From NCBI GenBank assembly GCA_977020255.1, contig CDROCS010000253.1, positions 1,736,001 through 1,800,000 on the forward strand: a stretch of 64,000 bases of DNA, in the 5' to 3' direction. Positions within the stretch are counted from its first letter, which is position 1. Each line of letters opens with the position of its first letter. The notes under the pieces are model-generated. The model ran no database searches. It was not told the DNA's origin and was given only the letters and a program-made list of their open reading frames with translations. This DNA is from Obrimoposthia wandeli (Eukaryota). Shown piece after piece: positions 45,021 through 53,799 of the stretch. The translations under genes were made by a program, and so were the position numbers.

Positions 45021-45308
45021 ATGAATATTACTTTAGGTAAAGAATTTGAACGAAGAATTACCGAAAAGGTATCTGATGGTTTATATACCTCAGCAAGTGA
45101 AGTGATCCGTGATGGATTAAGAATGTTATTTGAAAAAGACGTTGCTAAAAACAAGCAGCTGGAGATCTTACGAGAAGAAGTAGCTAAAGGTTTTGAACAG
45201 CTAGCTGCTGGAGAATCATCAAAGCACAGCGTAATGGATATATTTGAACAAGCCTCCCTTGCAGTAGATAGTAAGTCTACAAGTAAGGCTGACAATGTCG
45301 AACTATAG
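45021..45308 (+). CDS. parD: ParD-family antitoxin (RHH)
   Basis: MNITLG...V..GLYTSASEVIRDGLR; GGAG RBS before ATG 45021. Confidence 0.93.
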   Translation: MNITLGKEFERRITEKVSDGLYTSASEVIRDGLRMLFEKDVAKNKQLEILREEVAKGFEQLAAGESSKHSVMDIFEQASLAVDSKSTSKADNVEL

Positions 45309-45585
45309 GTTATCTCCTTTAGCCGAAGAGGATTTATTCAAAATAATTTCAACAACAATTGAATCTTGGGGAAGCGCACAGGCAAAGGTATATGCTCAAA
45401 CCGTAGACTCAGCCTTATTGAAACTAGCTCAATACCCTGACTTCGGTAGGGAAAGAAGTGATATTTATAATGGAGCTAGAAGCTTTCCTGTAGAAAAGCA
45501 TATTGTGTTCTACCAAGTTAGTGATGACGGTATTGATGTTGCTCGTATTCTTCATCAGCGCATGGATCCCTCAAAACACTTTTAA
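45295..45585 (+). CDS. parE: ParE/RelE-family toxin
   Basis: YRLSPLAEEDL..I...T...WG..QA..Y; P.FGRER; HIVFY; VARILHQRMD. Confidence 0.93.
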   Translation: MSNYRLSPLAEEDLFKIISTTIESWGSAQAKVYAQTVDSALLKLAQYPDFGRERSDIYNGARSFPVEKHIVFYQVSDDGIDVARILHQRMDPSKHF

Positions 45586-45609
45586 TCATATTTTGGTAAG
45601 GTTATCATC

Positions 45610-46758
45610 ATGCCTGAAAACCATATTAATAAACTTGCTAAAATAGATGTTCGTCTTCAATTATTAAATGAAGAGCGGCTTGCTTTGCTTAATGATCGCC
45701 AAGCGTTAATAACGCAACATGAAGCTGAATTAGCCCAAAATTTCAATCTACACGCCTCTCCTGAATCTAAAATTGACCTATTTCTTTCATACTTTAAAGG
45801 CCGTAACGATGTTTACCCGTTTAGATGGGAATCAAAAAACGGTAGAAGTGGTTATTCACCTGCTTGTTGGAATGAATGGAAGCCAAAAATTTGCAACAAA
45901 CCTAAAATTAGTTGTACTGAATGTAAAAATCAGAACTTTAAAGTACCAGATCACCAAGCCGTTTATGGTCATTTGAAAGGGTTTAAAACCATCGGCATCT
46001 ACCCTCTATTAAGTGATAATTCAACACATTTACTTGCAGCATATTTTGACAAAGAGGACTGGTTTGAGGCTACATATGCCTTTGCAACGACTTGCAAATC
46101 ATTAAATATTCCCTATCTATTAGAACGCTCAAGAAGTGGTAACGGTGGCCATATATGGATCTTTTTCTCGGAAGCTGTAGCTGCTAGTGATGCTCGGCGC
46201 TTAGGCAATGGTTTACTTCGTAAAACTAAGCCTCATATATCTCAGGTTTACAAACATCTAGTTTGTGATGAGGAAAGAAATGAGATGATCGTTAACAGCA
46301 TCAAGCAGTCTGTTAATAATGACAGATCTGTCATGGTGCTTACCGAAAGAAAAGAGCATATTGAATTACTTGCTAAAATGATGACTTATAAGGGTATAAC
46401 GGTTGTTGAACTACATGGAGGTATTTCAACAAAGCAAAGGCAGGAACGAATAGCTTTATTATCTAACAAGGCTGAGGGAGATGAAGCTTTAGTCATATTA
46501 GCTACAGGAAAATACGTTGGTGAAGGTTTTGATATACCGCATTTAGATACTTTATTTATAACACTACCGATAGCTTGGAAAGGAATTTTAGCGCAATACG
46601 CTGGACGAATTCAGCGAGAATGGAGTAGTAAAACTGTCATTCAAGTTTACGATTTTATTGATGATTTCCCGACATTACAGCGTATGTGGAATAAACGGGA
46701 AAAAGGTTATAAAGCGTTAGGATATCAATTCAATGAACAAAAAAACTTATTGATTTAG
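45610..46758 (+). pseudogene. TOTE-type AEP primase / SF2 helicase fusion with a large in-frame internal deletion
   Basis: Primase N-part (RWESKNGRSGYSPAC, IGIYPLL, YFD in place of DFD, RSRSGNGGH) joined directly to helicase motifs IV-VI (LTER.EH, ATGKYVGEGFD, QYAGRIQR); no Walker A/B. Confidence 0.8.
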
Positions 46759-46913
46759 GGCGAAAGGTTAAAAAGAGAGGGTAGGGGTATAATAAGGGGG
46801 ATTTAATTTTCAGAATATTTAGTGCCCTTATCTGTGGGGTCATAGCTCGTATGGACGGCATGATGTAAATAGATTTTTAACTCTATTTGTGTAACTCGAA
46901 CACTTAATAAACG

Positions 46914-46944
46914 AAAGCCCGAATAGAAAAATTCGGGCTTTTTT
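46914..46944. terminator. Terminator between island and metR
   Basis: AAAGCCCGAAT-N6-ATTCGGGCTTTTTT. Confidence 0.8.
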
Positions 46945-47018
46945 ATTGATTTTTTTATTAATATGCAACAACATTTTTACTATCTTAATTATAGGTATTA
47001 CTGATGTTAGCTTATTGA

Positions 47019-47903
47019 TCATTTCGTTTTTTTAGCTTGGGCAATGAAATCGTTTAAGTAGTCAATATGCTGGTCGGTCTTGCGAATACCTACAAAGATC
47101 TGTTTACTAATACCATTCTCTCCAAAACGAATACTCTTGATAGGCATTGATTTTGAGTACTCATCTACTAGCCAACCCGGCAAGGCACAAACACCTCGAC
47201 CAGCAGCGACCATCTGTAACATGATCTCAGTTGTTTCAATGTTTTTGTGTTTCTTTACTGAACACTTTGCTGGATTAAGAAATTGACTAAAAATATCGAG
47301 CCTCAGCGGCTCAACAGGGTAACTAAACAGTACCTCATCGCTTAGTTGTTCTGGTAAAACAAAATCTTGCTTTGCAAGTTTGTGAGACGCTGAAACGACG
47401 AGTCTATGTTCATAGTCAAAAACGGGTATGTAGACTATTTTAGGTTTAAAGAGCGGATCTGGTGTAATAAGTACATCTATTTCGTAGCTAAGTAATGCAC
47501 CTAAAGCGCCAAATTGAAACTCTTGCTTCACGTCCATATCTATGTCTGGCCACTGGCCTAGATAAGGCTGAATGACTCTAAGTAACCATTGATAACAAGG
47601 ATGGCACTCCATTCCAATTCGTAGCGATCCCATTTCACCTTTTGCAATTTGATTCAGTAATAATTCCGTATGTAAAAACTGAGGCAATACTCTATTAGCA
47701 AGCGTTTGAATGCGCTCTCCCGCAGCCGTAAGGCGCAGATTTCGACCATCTTTTTTCCATATCGGAGTAGCAATTTGGCCTTCTAATTTTTTGATACTGT
47801 GACTTAACGCAGATTGGGATAAGTACAACGAATCAGCCGCTTTAGTTAGGGTTCCATGCTCTTTTATTGCGGTTAGTATTTCTAAATGGATCCTCTCTAA
47901 CAC
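47019..47903 (-). CDS. metR: LysR-family regulator MetR
   Basis: LRIGMECHPCYQWL is MetR-typical; LSQSALSH HTH; near methionine synthase genes. Confidence 0.9.
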   Translation of the reverse strand: MLERIHLEILTAIKEHGTLTKAADSLYLSQSALSHSIKKLEGQIATPIWKKDGRNLRLTAAGERIQTLANRVLPQFLHTELLLNQIAKGEMGSLRIGMECHPCYQWLLRVIQPYLGQWPDIDMDVKQEFQFGALGALLSYEIDVLITPDPLFKPKIVYIPVFDYEHRLVVSASHKLAKQDFVLPEQLSDEVLFSYPVEPLRLDIFSQFLNPAKCSVKKHKNIETTEIMLQMVAAGRGVCALPGWLVDEYSKSMPIKSIRFGENGISKQIFVGIRKTDQHIDYLNDFIAQAKKTK

Positions 47904-47932
47904 CTGCGAACTCCTATTTTTAGCTTTAATGA

Positions 47933-47962
47933 TGAACTTATTTGATTAATCAATGCAGTTCA
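47933..47962. promoter_or_regulatory. Candidate MetR autoregulatory dyad
   Basis: TGAA-CTTAT-TTGA and its mirror TCAA-TGCAG-TTCA around TTAA. Confidence 0.45.
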
Positions 47963-48031
47963 TTTTATCAATCAAATAAGTTAATTTACAATTACCATTT
48001 ACAGTTCAACAACAATTAACAGGAATAAAAC

Positions 48032-48862
48032 CTATAAGGAAAGTTGTGCCAGCATACGTAAGCCAGTAAATAGTAATACGAAGGCAAAGATTTTTTTCAG
48101 TTTTACCGCATCTAATTTTGCTGCTAATGATGCCCCTACCGGTGCGAATAATACTGTTAGCGGCACAATACAAATGAAGGAAAATAGATTGACCAAGCCA
48201 AATGTACCAGCGGGAGCATCGGTTGGTGTACTGCCCAATGTCAACATTGTTAGCGCACCCGGCAATGAAATGATTAACCCTATTGCCGCAGCTGTGCCAA
48301 TGGCCTTGTGAGTGGGATAGTTATATAGGGTGAGTAGTGGAACCGAGATAGTGCCGCCGCCGATACCCACCATAGAACTGAAAAAGCCAATGGATGCCCC
48401 CATAACCGTTTGTCCTGTTGTATTAGGAAGTTTTTGGTACAGAGCAGACTTCCCCGTTCGGAACAGCATGTTTAGTGCCGATAAAACCGCTATCACCCCA
48501 AACATCATAGTAAGCATAGTGCCTTCAACGCGAGTCACTAACCAGCTACCAACCAATACCCCCATAAGAATAAATACAGCCCAACGTTTGAGAAGGTCAA
48601 AATCCACATTCCCTTTTTTATTGTGAGAACGAATTGAACTAATAGATGTTGGTACTATAGTGGCCAGTGAGGTTGCTGTCGCAACTAGCATTGCAGACTC
48701 TGGCGATACGCCAAAGCTCTGGAACAAGAAAAATAATACAGGTACGATTACGATACCGCCACCTACGCCTAACAAGCCAGCTAAAATTCCTGCGAATACA
48801 CCTGTGGCAACCAATGCCAAAAAGGTAGAGGTATTATTTGTTATAAATTCAATGATATTCAT
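48032..48862 (-). CDS. TauE/SafE sulfite-exporter family protein
   Basis: AGLLGVGGGIVIVP and MVGIGGGTISVP repeats. Confidence 0.92.
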   Translation of the reverse strand: MNIIEFITNNTSTFLALVATGVFAGILAGLLGVGGGIVIVPVLFFLFQSFGVSPESAMLVATATSLATIVPTSISSIRSHNKKGNVDFDLLKRWAVFILMGVLVGSWLVTRVEGTMLTMMFGVIAVLSALNMLFRTGKSALYQKLPNTTGQTVMGASIGFFSSMVGIGGGTISVPLLTLYNYPTHKAIGTAAAIGLIISLPGALTMLTLGSTPTDAPAGTFGLVNLFSFICIVPLTVLFAPVGASLAAKLDAVKLKKIFAFVLLFTGLRMLAQLSL

Positions 48863-49122
48863 TAACTACTACTTTTATTTTTAATAACGGCAAAGACCTT
48901 TATCTCAATTCAAGGGGCAACTGCGGCCTCCATTGTTAGGTCTTTAAGTAAAACAACAGCTCAATTATGCCCACCTACTCGGTTTTGGCAAAACCCAATA
49001 TAACGTATTGTCGACATTATTTATTCCTATTCTATGGCTCTCTATGATTTTATCCTTCACTGAAGAGTTACCAATTTGGCAATGGGGTGAAAACCAATCC
49101 CCCCAATTTTATTTACTAAACA

Positions 49123-50169
49123 TTATTCTATTGGTTCGTTACTCTTGCTGAGTTCTCTTCGGACTATTTCTGCACCTGCAGTTAACGCATTTAACTTCCC
49201 CCTTGCTACATGACGAGATAAAGGGGCCATGCCACAGTTGGTGCAAGGGTAAAGCTTGTCGGCATCTACATACTTAAGTGCTTTTCGTAGGGTATCTGCT
49301 ACTTCCTCAGGTGTTTCAATGGTATCGGTTGCGACATCAATGGCACCTACCATTACTTTTTTACCACGAATGAGTTCAAGTAACTCCATTGGAACATGAG
49401 AGTTGTGACATTCTAGTGAGATAATATCGATAGTAGATTTTTGCAGTTTGGGAAAAGCGTCTTCATATTGTCGCCACTCAGACCCTAACGTTTTTTTCCA
49501 ATCAGTATTGGCTTTGATGCCATAGCCATAGCAAATATGTACAGCCGTTTCACACTTAAGCCCTTCAATTGCTCTCTCTAAACAAGCAACACCCCAATCA
49601 TTAACCTCATCAAAAAACACATTAAATGCAGGTTCATCGAATTGAATAATATCAACCCCCGCTGCCTCTAACTCTCTGGCTTCTTGATTAAGGATTTTGG
49701 CAAATTCCCAAGCTAGCTTTTCACGACTTTTATAATGGTCATCATGAAGCGTATCTATCATCGTCATGGGACCTGGCAGAGCCCATTTAATAGGCTGCTT
49801 TGTTTGCTGACGTAAAAACTTGGCATCTTCAACAAAAACGGACTTTTGGCGAGAAACAGCACCAACGACCGTTGGTACGCTTGCATCATAACGATCACGA
49901 ATTTTAACTGTCTTACGTTTCTCAAAGTCAACTCCATTGAGGTGCTCAAGAAACGTAGTGACAAAATGTTGGCGTGTTTGCTCGCCATCACTGACGATAT
50001 GAATACCTGCTTGTTGTTGATCTTGTAATGACAAACGTAAAGCATCTTGTTTGCCCTCAATTAATTCCTCACCTTGCAATTTCCAAGGTGACCAAAGAGT
50101 CTCTGGTTGTGCAAGCCAAGAGGGTTTAGGTAAGCTGCCTGCCGTTGAAGTAGGTAATAATGTCTTCAT
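49123..50169 (-). CDS. mesD: Core (folate-independent) methionine synthase, MesD type
   Basis: TAGSLPKP, SDGEQTRQHFV, QFDEP, HICYGY, PCTNCG; downstream of DUF1852. Confidence 0.9.
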   Translation of the reverse strand: MKTLLPTSTAGSLPKPSWLAQPETLWSPWKLQGEELIEGKQDALRLSLQDQQQAGIHIVSDGEQTRQHFVTTFLEHLNGVDFEKRKTVKIRDRYDASVPTVVGAVSRQKSVFVEDAKFLRQQTKQPIKWALPGPMTMIDTLHDDHYKSREKLAWEFAKILNQEARELEAAGVDIIQFDEPAFNVFFDEVNDWGVACLERAIEGLKCETAVHICYGYGIKANTDWKKTLGSEWRQYEDAFPKLQKSTIDIISLECHNSHVPMELLELIRGKKVMVGAIDVATDTIETPEEVADTLRKALKYVDADKLYPCTNCGMAPLSRHVARGKLNALTAGAEIVRRELSKSNEPIE

Positions 50170-50223
50170 AATAGTTGATGCCGTAAGTTTGGGGTATTTA
50201 TTAAAGATAAGTATTAAAAGTAG

Positions 50224-51201
50224 TTATTGAGCGTAACTAGCAGACCATTGCTCAAGCACAGTTTGGTATGGTTTGATGAAGTACTCCTCAGCAAATTTTC
50301 CCTGGTCATTAGCCATCTGGCTACGTTCTTCTCGATCATAAACAATGTGAGTTAATGAATGATCTAAATTCTTCAAATTTGGTTGATAGCATTTACCTGC
50401 AACGGCATTAGCATTATAAATCTCAGGTCGGTAGATTTTTTGAAAAGTTTCCATCGTACTGATGGTGCTTAAAAGCTCAAGATTCGTGTAATCATTAAGC
50501 AAATCACCAAAGAAGTGAAAAGCCAAGGGTGCAACACTATTTGGTGGCATAAAATAGCGAACCTGTAAGCCCATTTTTTTGAAATATTGCTCGGTCAAAG
50601 AAGATTCATTTGGCTGGTATTCAACACCTAATACGGGATGTTGATTTTCAGTCTGATGATAGGTCTTGTTATCAGAAACACTGAGGCATATTACCGGTGG
50701 CTTATTAAAGTGTTGCTTGTAAGCGCTAGAATTTACAAAAGATTTAAAGAGCTTGCCATGCAGATCGCCAAAATTATTTGGAATGCTAAATTTTGGTTGA
50801 TTCTTATTATGCTCCATCAACAATACGCTGAAATCATAATCTCGCACATAAGAGGAAAAATTATTTCCTACAATGCCTTCAATGCGTTTATTAGTTTTAT
50901 GATCAACAATATTCGTTTTCAATATTTCAATTGATGGAAAGGTTTGACCACTGCCTTCAATATCTATATCAACGGAAATGATTTCAAGTTCGACAGAATA
51001 ACGATCTGCTTGGGTGTTATCCCAATGTGCCAACGCATTGAAACTATTGTCAATCATATTTAAGGCATTGCGCAAGTTCGCTTGACGGCTGTTTCCTCTC
51101 GCTAAATTAGCAAAGTTGGTCGTGATACGCGTATTGTCTGAGGGCTGATAATCTTCATCAAGACAAGTGCTCTTAATAGTAAATGTAAAGTCTTTATTCA
51201 T
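50224..51201 (-). CDS. mesX: DUF1852 protein (MesX, MesD partner)
   Basis: RITTNFANLARG..RQ.NLRNAL; GNNFSSYVRDYDFS; start trimmed to 51201. Confidence 0.9.
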   Translation of the reverse strand: MNKDFTFTIKSTCLDEDYQPSDNTRITTNFANLARGNSRQANLRNALNMIDNSFNALAHWDNTQADRYSVELEIISVDIDIEGSGQTFPSIEILKTNIVDHKTNKRIEGIVGNNFSSYVRDYDFSVLLMEHNKNQPKFSIPNNFGDLHGKLFKSFVNSSAYKQHFNKPPVICLSVSDNKTYHQTENQHPVLGVEYQPNESSLTEQYFKKMGLQVRYFMPPNSVAPLAFHFFGDLLNDYTNLELLSTISTMETFQKIYRPEIYNANAVAGKCYQPNLKNLDHSLTHIVYDREERSQMANDQGKFAEEYFIKPYQTVLEQWSASYAQ

Positions 51202-51438
51202 TGTGATCCGGTATCCTATTTCCTGAGATAAAAGCTGAGGTGAAAGCTTGAGATAAAACCTAAATTTATTTTTTGCTCTTTCCAGATTTTCCAATCTGAT
51301 TTTTCTGATTTTCCCAGTCAATTGTCTTCATCGTCTTTTTTGGTATATACCTAAAGGTTTAATTGAGAACCAACTGTCATATTGTCTAAAGTTAAAAGCA
51401 GAGTGTGTTTTATACTTGGTTCATTACATGAATAAAAT

Positions 51439-51472
51439 TGACTTTATTTCATTGATATATGAACTATGCTCA
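51439..51472 (-). promoter_or_regulatory. Tandem MetR boxes upstream of mesXD
   Basis: TGAA-CTATG-CTCA (51460-72) and TGAC-TTTAT-TTCA (51439-51), 21 bp apart. Confidence 0.65.
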
Positions 51473-52161
51473 TATATTGCTTTATTCGTAAGGTTTGGAG
51501 CATTCCTACCAGTAATTTTGAGGTTATACGATCACACATTTAGCCTTAAACTGATTATTGATCAAACACCCCTTTAGAATAATTACGCTCCTTTGGATTT
51601 ATTCAAATGCGAGTATTACTGAACGGCTATTTTTTTCGATATAAGTTGAGTTGGTAGATAAAGTGGGGGTGTCACTACTTGCTCCCATGTAACTAATTTA
51701 ATAAAAAATAGGTAAGTGCTGTCTGGGTGGCATGATGTGATGCATTTATCCTACGCATAGATCTCGTTTAAATGAGCTCACTTTTTATAAAAATAAAAAT
51801 AAAAAGATGCCATACATTGAAGTATCGTCTGCGTCAGGATTATTGTTGATTCAATTACTTTTATGAATAGACACCGATCTATAAGCCAAAGCAGCTGATT
51901 ACCAAAAGTTTCAAGTCATGTGGCTTAATTTTGATCCGTGGGTGACGGTTTTATCGTTTGAAGAGGATTTTTTTAGCTAAGACAGTGGTATTGTCTTTAG
52001 CCGTTGGAGTAGTTGGAGCGACTGTGCGTATCGGATAAGAAGAAACGGTATTATTCACTTTTACATTACCGGTAATGAACTCACGAGTTAATAATGTCAT
52101 TTTTTTCATAGTGTTCCCATATCTCGATGAACTTGTGTAGGGCTTTGGCATAGCGTTAAAT

Positions 52162-52192
52162 AAAAGGAGGAAGAAAGTACTTACTTCCCCCT
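52162..52192 (-). terminator. ompA terminator
   Basis: Minus strand AGGGGGAAG...CTTCCTCCT followed by T-run. Confidence 0.6.
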
Positions 52193-52205
52193 AACTAACG
52201 AGATT

Positions 52206-53264
52206 TTAGTTTTTTATCATCATTTTTTTAACGGTAGCTTCAATTTTTGCAATAACTCTACGATTTAAGTCATGATCTGCAGCTGTATTTCCCTTAGAGA
52301 TTAGTTGTGTTTCACCAAAACCTTTTGCAGATAAACGGTTTTCCTCTATATCAAACTTATTAATTAATAGGCTTTTAACCGCATCAGCACGTTTTTGTGA
52401 AAGCGTTAAGTTATATTTAGCACTACCTGCAGCTGAGCTATGCCCCTCAATAACAACACTGGTGTTTTTGTATTCCTTCATAAAATCAGCTAAACGTTGA
52501 ATATCATTTATTGTTGCTGCTTTTAACTGTGAACTATTGTTTTCAAACGCCACGTTTAAATCAACATCTACTGCTGTTTCTAAAAAAAGTGGACAACCAC
52601 TTGAGTCAACTTTTACGTTTGCTGGCGTATTGTTACAAGTATCTTGCTTATCATTAATGCCATCATTATCAGTATCAACAGCGACTACTTTTGCAACAAC
52701 AGGTATTGCTGCAACTTCTTGATATACAACTTTATTAACAACAGGTGATTTTTTAACGTCACCAAAAGCATACTTTAAACCAAATTTAAAGCCTTGATCG
52801 GTATAGCCGTAGTCGACATCACGATAAACAACCGCTTCGCTATATAAAGAGAAACGATCACTAATATCAACGTTATAACCAACACCTACATTAACAGCGT
52901 TGTAACTTTTCACGTTATTAAAACGTTTTACACCAGCGAAAGCGTAAAGACCGCTATCTTCAACCTTATAAATAGCGTCAAGGCCAAAACGTGTACCATA
53001 ATCAGTATCATTGCCATTGTTAATGTCGTAACGAGTTTTTGCTAACTCTAAGCGAGCATTCCATTGTTCATTAATAATTTTTTGTAAATCAATACCTAGC
53101 CCTCTACCTGCTTCAGTATATTGCCAGTCCATTTTATTTTCTTTAGCTGTAGCCGATTTTATGTAGTCGCCAAATACGCCTATTTCCCATGTTTTATCAA
53201 TGTCTTCTGCAGCTAATGGAGAGCTTATTAATGCAGCTAACAGAGTTATTTTAAAAGTTTTCAT
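52206..53264 (-). CDS. OmpA/OprF-family outer membrane protein
   Basis: Signal peptide, N-terminal barrel, DTDNDG..D..D.C...P....VD..GC TSP3-like linker, IEGH...YNL.LSQKRA.AV...NRRV. Confidence 0.93.
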   Translation of the reverse strand: MKTFKITLLAALISSPLAAEDIDKTWEIGVFGDYIKSATAKENKMDWQYTEAGRGLGIDLQKIINEQWNARLELAKTRYDINNGNDTDYGTRFGLDAIYKVEDSGLYAFAGVKRFNNVKSYNAVNVGVGYNVDISDRFSLYSEAVVYRDVDYGYTDQGFKFGLKYAFGDVKKSPVVNKVVYQEVAAIPVVAKVVAVDTDNDGINDKQDTCNNTPANVKVDSSGCPLFLETAVDVDLNVAFENNSSQLKAATINDIQRLADFMKEYKNTSVVIEGHSSAAGSAKYNLTLSQKRADAVKSLLINKFDIEENRLSAKGFGETQLISKGNTAADHDLNRRVIAKIEATVKKMMIKN

Positions 53265-53315
53265 GGATAAATCCTTATTGAGTTTTATGTGATTATTATT
53301 TAATTTCTGGTTCTA

Positions 53316-53342
53316 TAACGGATAATAAATTAAAAAGTCACA
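53316..53342 (-). promoter_or_regulatory. ECF-type promoter directed at the ompA-family gene
   Basis: Minus strand TGTGACTTTTTAA-TTTATTATC-CGTTA. Confidence 0.7.
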
Positions 53343-53462
53343 AATTTTTAATGATTTTTTACAATTACGACTCAAACAAGTCAAAAATCAATTTATTAGC
53401 GTAGAATGCACCCGATTGAAAATTTATATATAAAAATAAGAATAAAAATCATACAAATTTAA

Positions 53463-53489
53463 TGTGACTTTTTAACGACTCAATCGTTA
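53463..53489 (+). promoter_or_regulatory. ECF-type promoter directed at cfrX-cmpX-sigX
   Basis: TGTGACTTTTTAA-CGACTCAAT-CGTTA, identical in 18 fixed positions to the minus-strand copy. Confidence 0.7.
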
Positions 53490-53526
53490 AAGAGTTAAGC
53501 GATAAAAATTATTGCTCGAGGATAAG

Positions 53527-53799
53527 ATGAAAAACATAGAACAGAATATAGCAGCAGAACTTAAAAACGAACCTGAAGTAGTCTTTAGTACTTCAGACGA
53601 CGATTTTTTTAAACGTGCAACAATCACAGCCAATAACCAGCAAGGTACTAAAGATCTTCTAGGGTTAGGTATGGCTTCACTTTGGGTTGTTTTTATTAGT
53701 ATATTTATGAAAATTTTAAAACCAATATTTAAGAAAATGGCAGTGAAGCCGCAGCAAATAAGCATGAAGATTAATACAACCAATGATAGGGTCAAATAA
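53527..53799 (+). CDS. CfrX/CrfX-like small membrane protein (putative anti-sigma)
   Basis: DDDFFKRATITANNQQGTKDLLGL then a TM helix; resembles Pseudomonas CrfX; GAGGA RBS before ATG 53527. Confidence 0.65.
   Translation: MKNIEQNIAAELKNEPEVVFSTSDDDFFKRATITANNQQGTKDLLGLGMASLWVVFISIFMKILKPIFKKMAVKPQQISMKINTTNDRVK

Larger units (their letters stand above)
43440..46850. mobile_element. Small accessory island remnant (no integrase)
   Basis: Orphan gene, parDE and decayed primase-helicase between the groEL terminator and metR; visibly A/T-rich with AGA/ATA codons; boundaries approximate. Confidence 0.6.

Noticed and set aside
46840-47022. 60-aa ORF after metR
   Set aside because: Runs through a terminator hairpin; low-complexity AT-rich sequence.
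48880-49120. Riboswitch or gene remnant between mesD and tauE
   Set aside because: Short hairpins and an 18-codon ORF only; no match to SAM, SAH or cobalamin motifs that I can recognise.
51951-52151. 66-aa (or 52-aa from 52109) ORF downstream of ompA
   Set aside because: No recognisable motif, lies after the ompA terminator, weak RBS; cannot be supported without homology or Ribo-seq.
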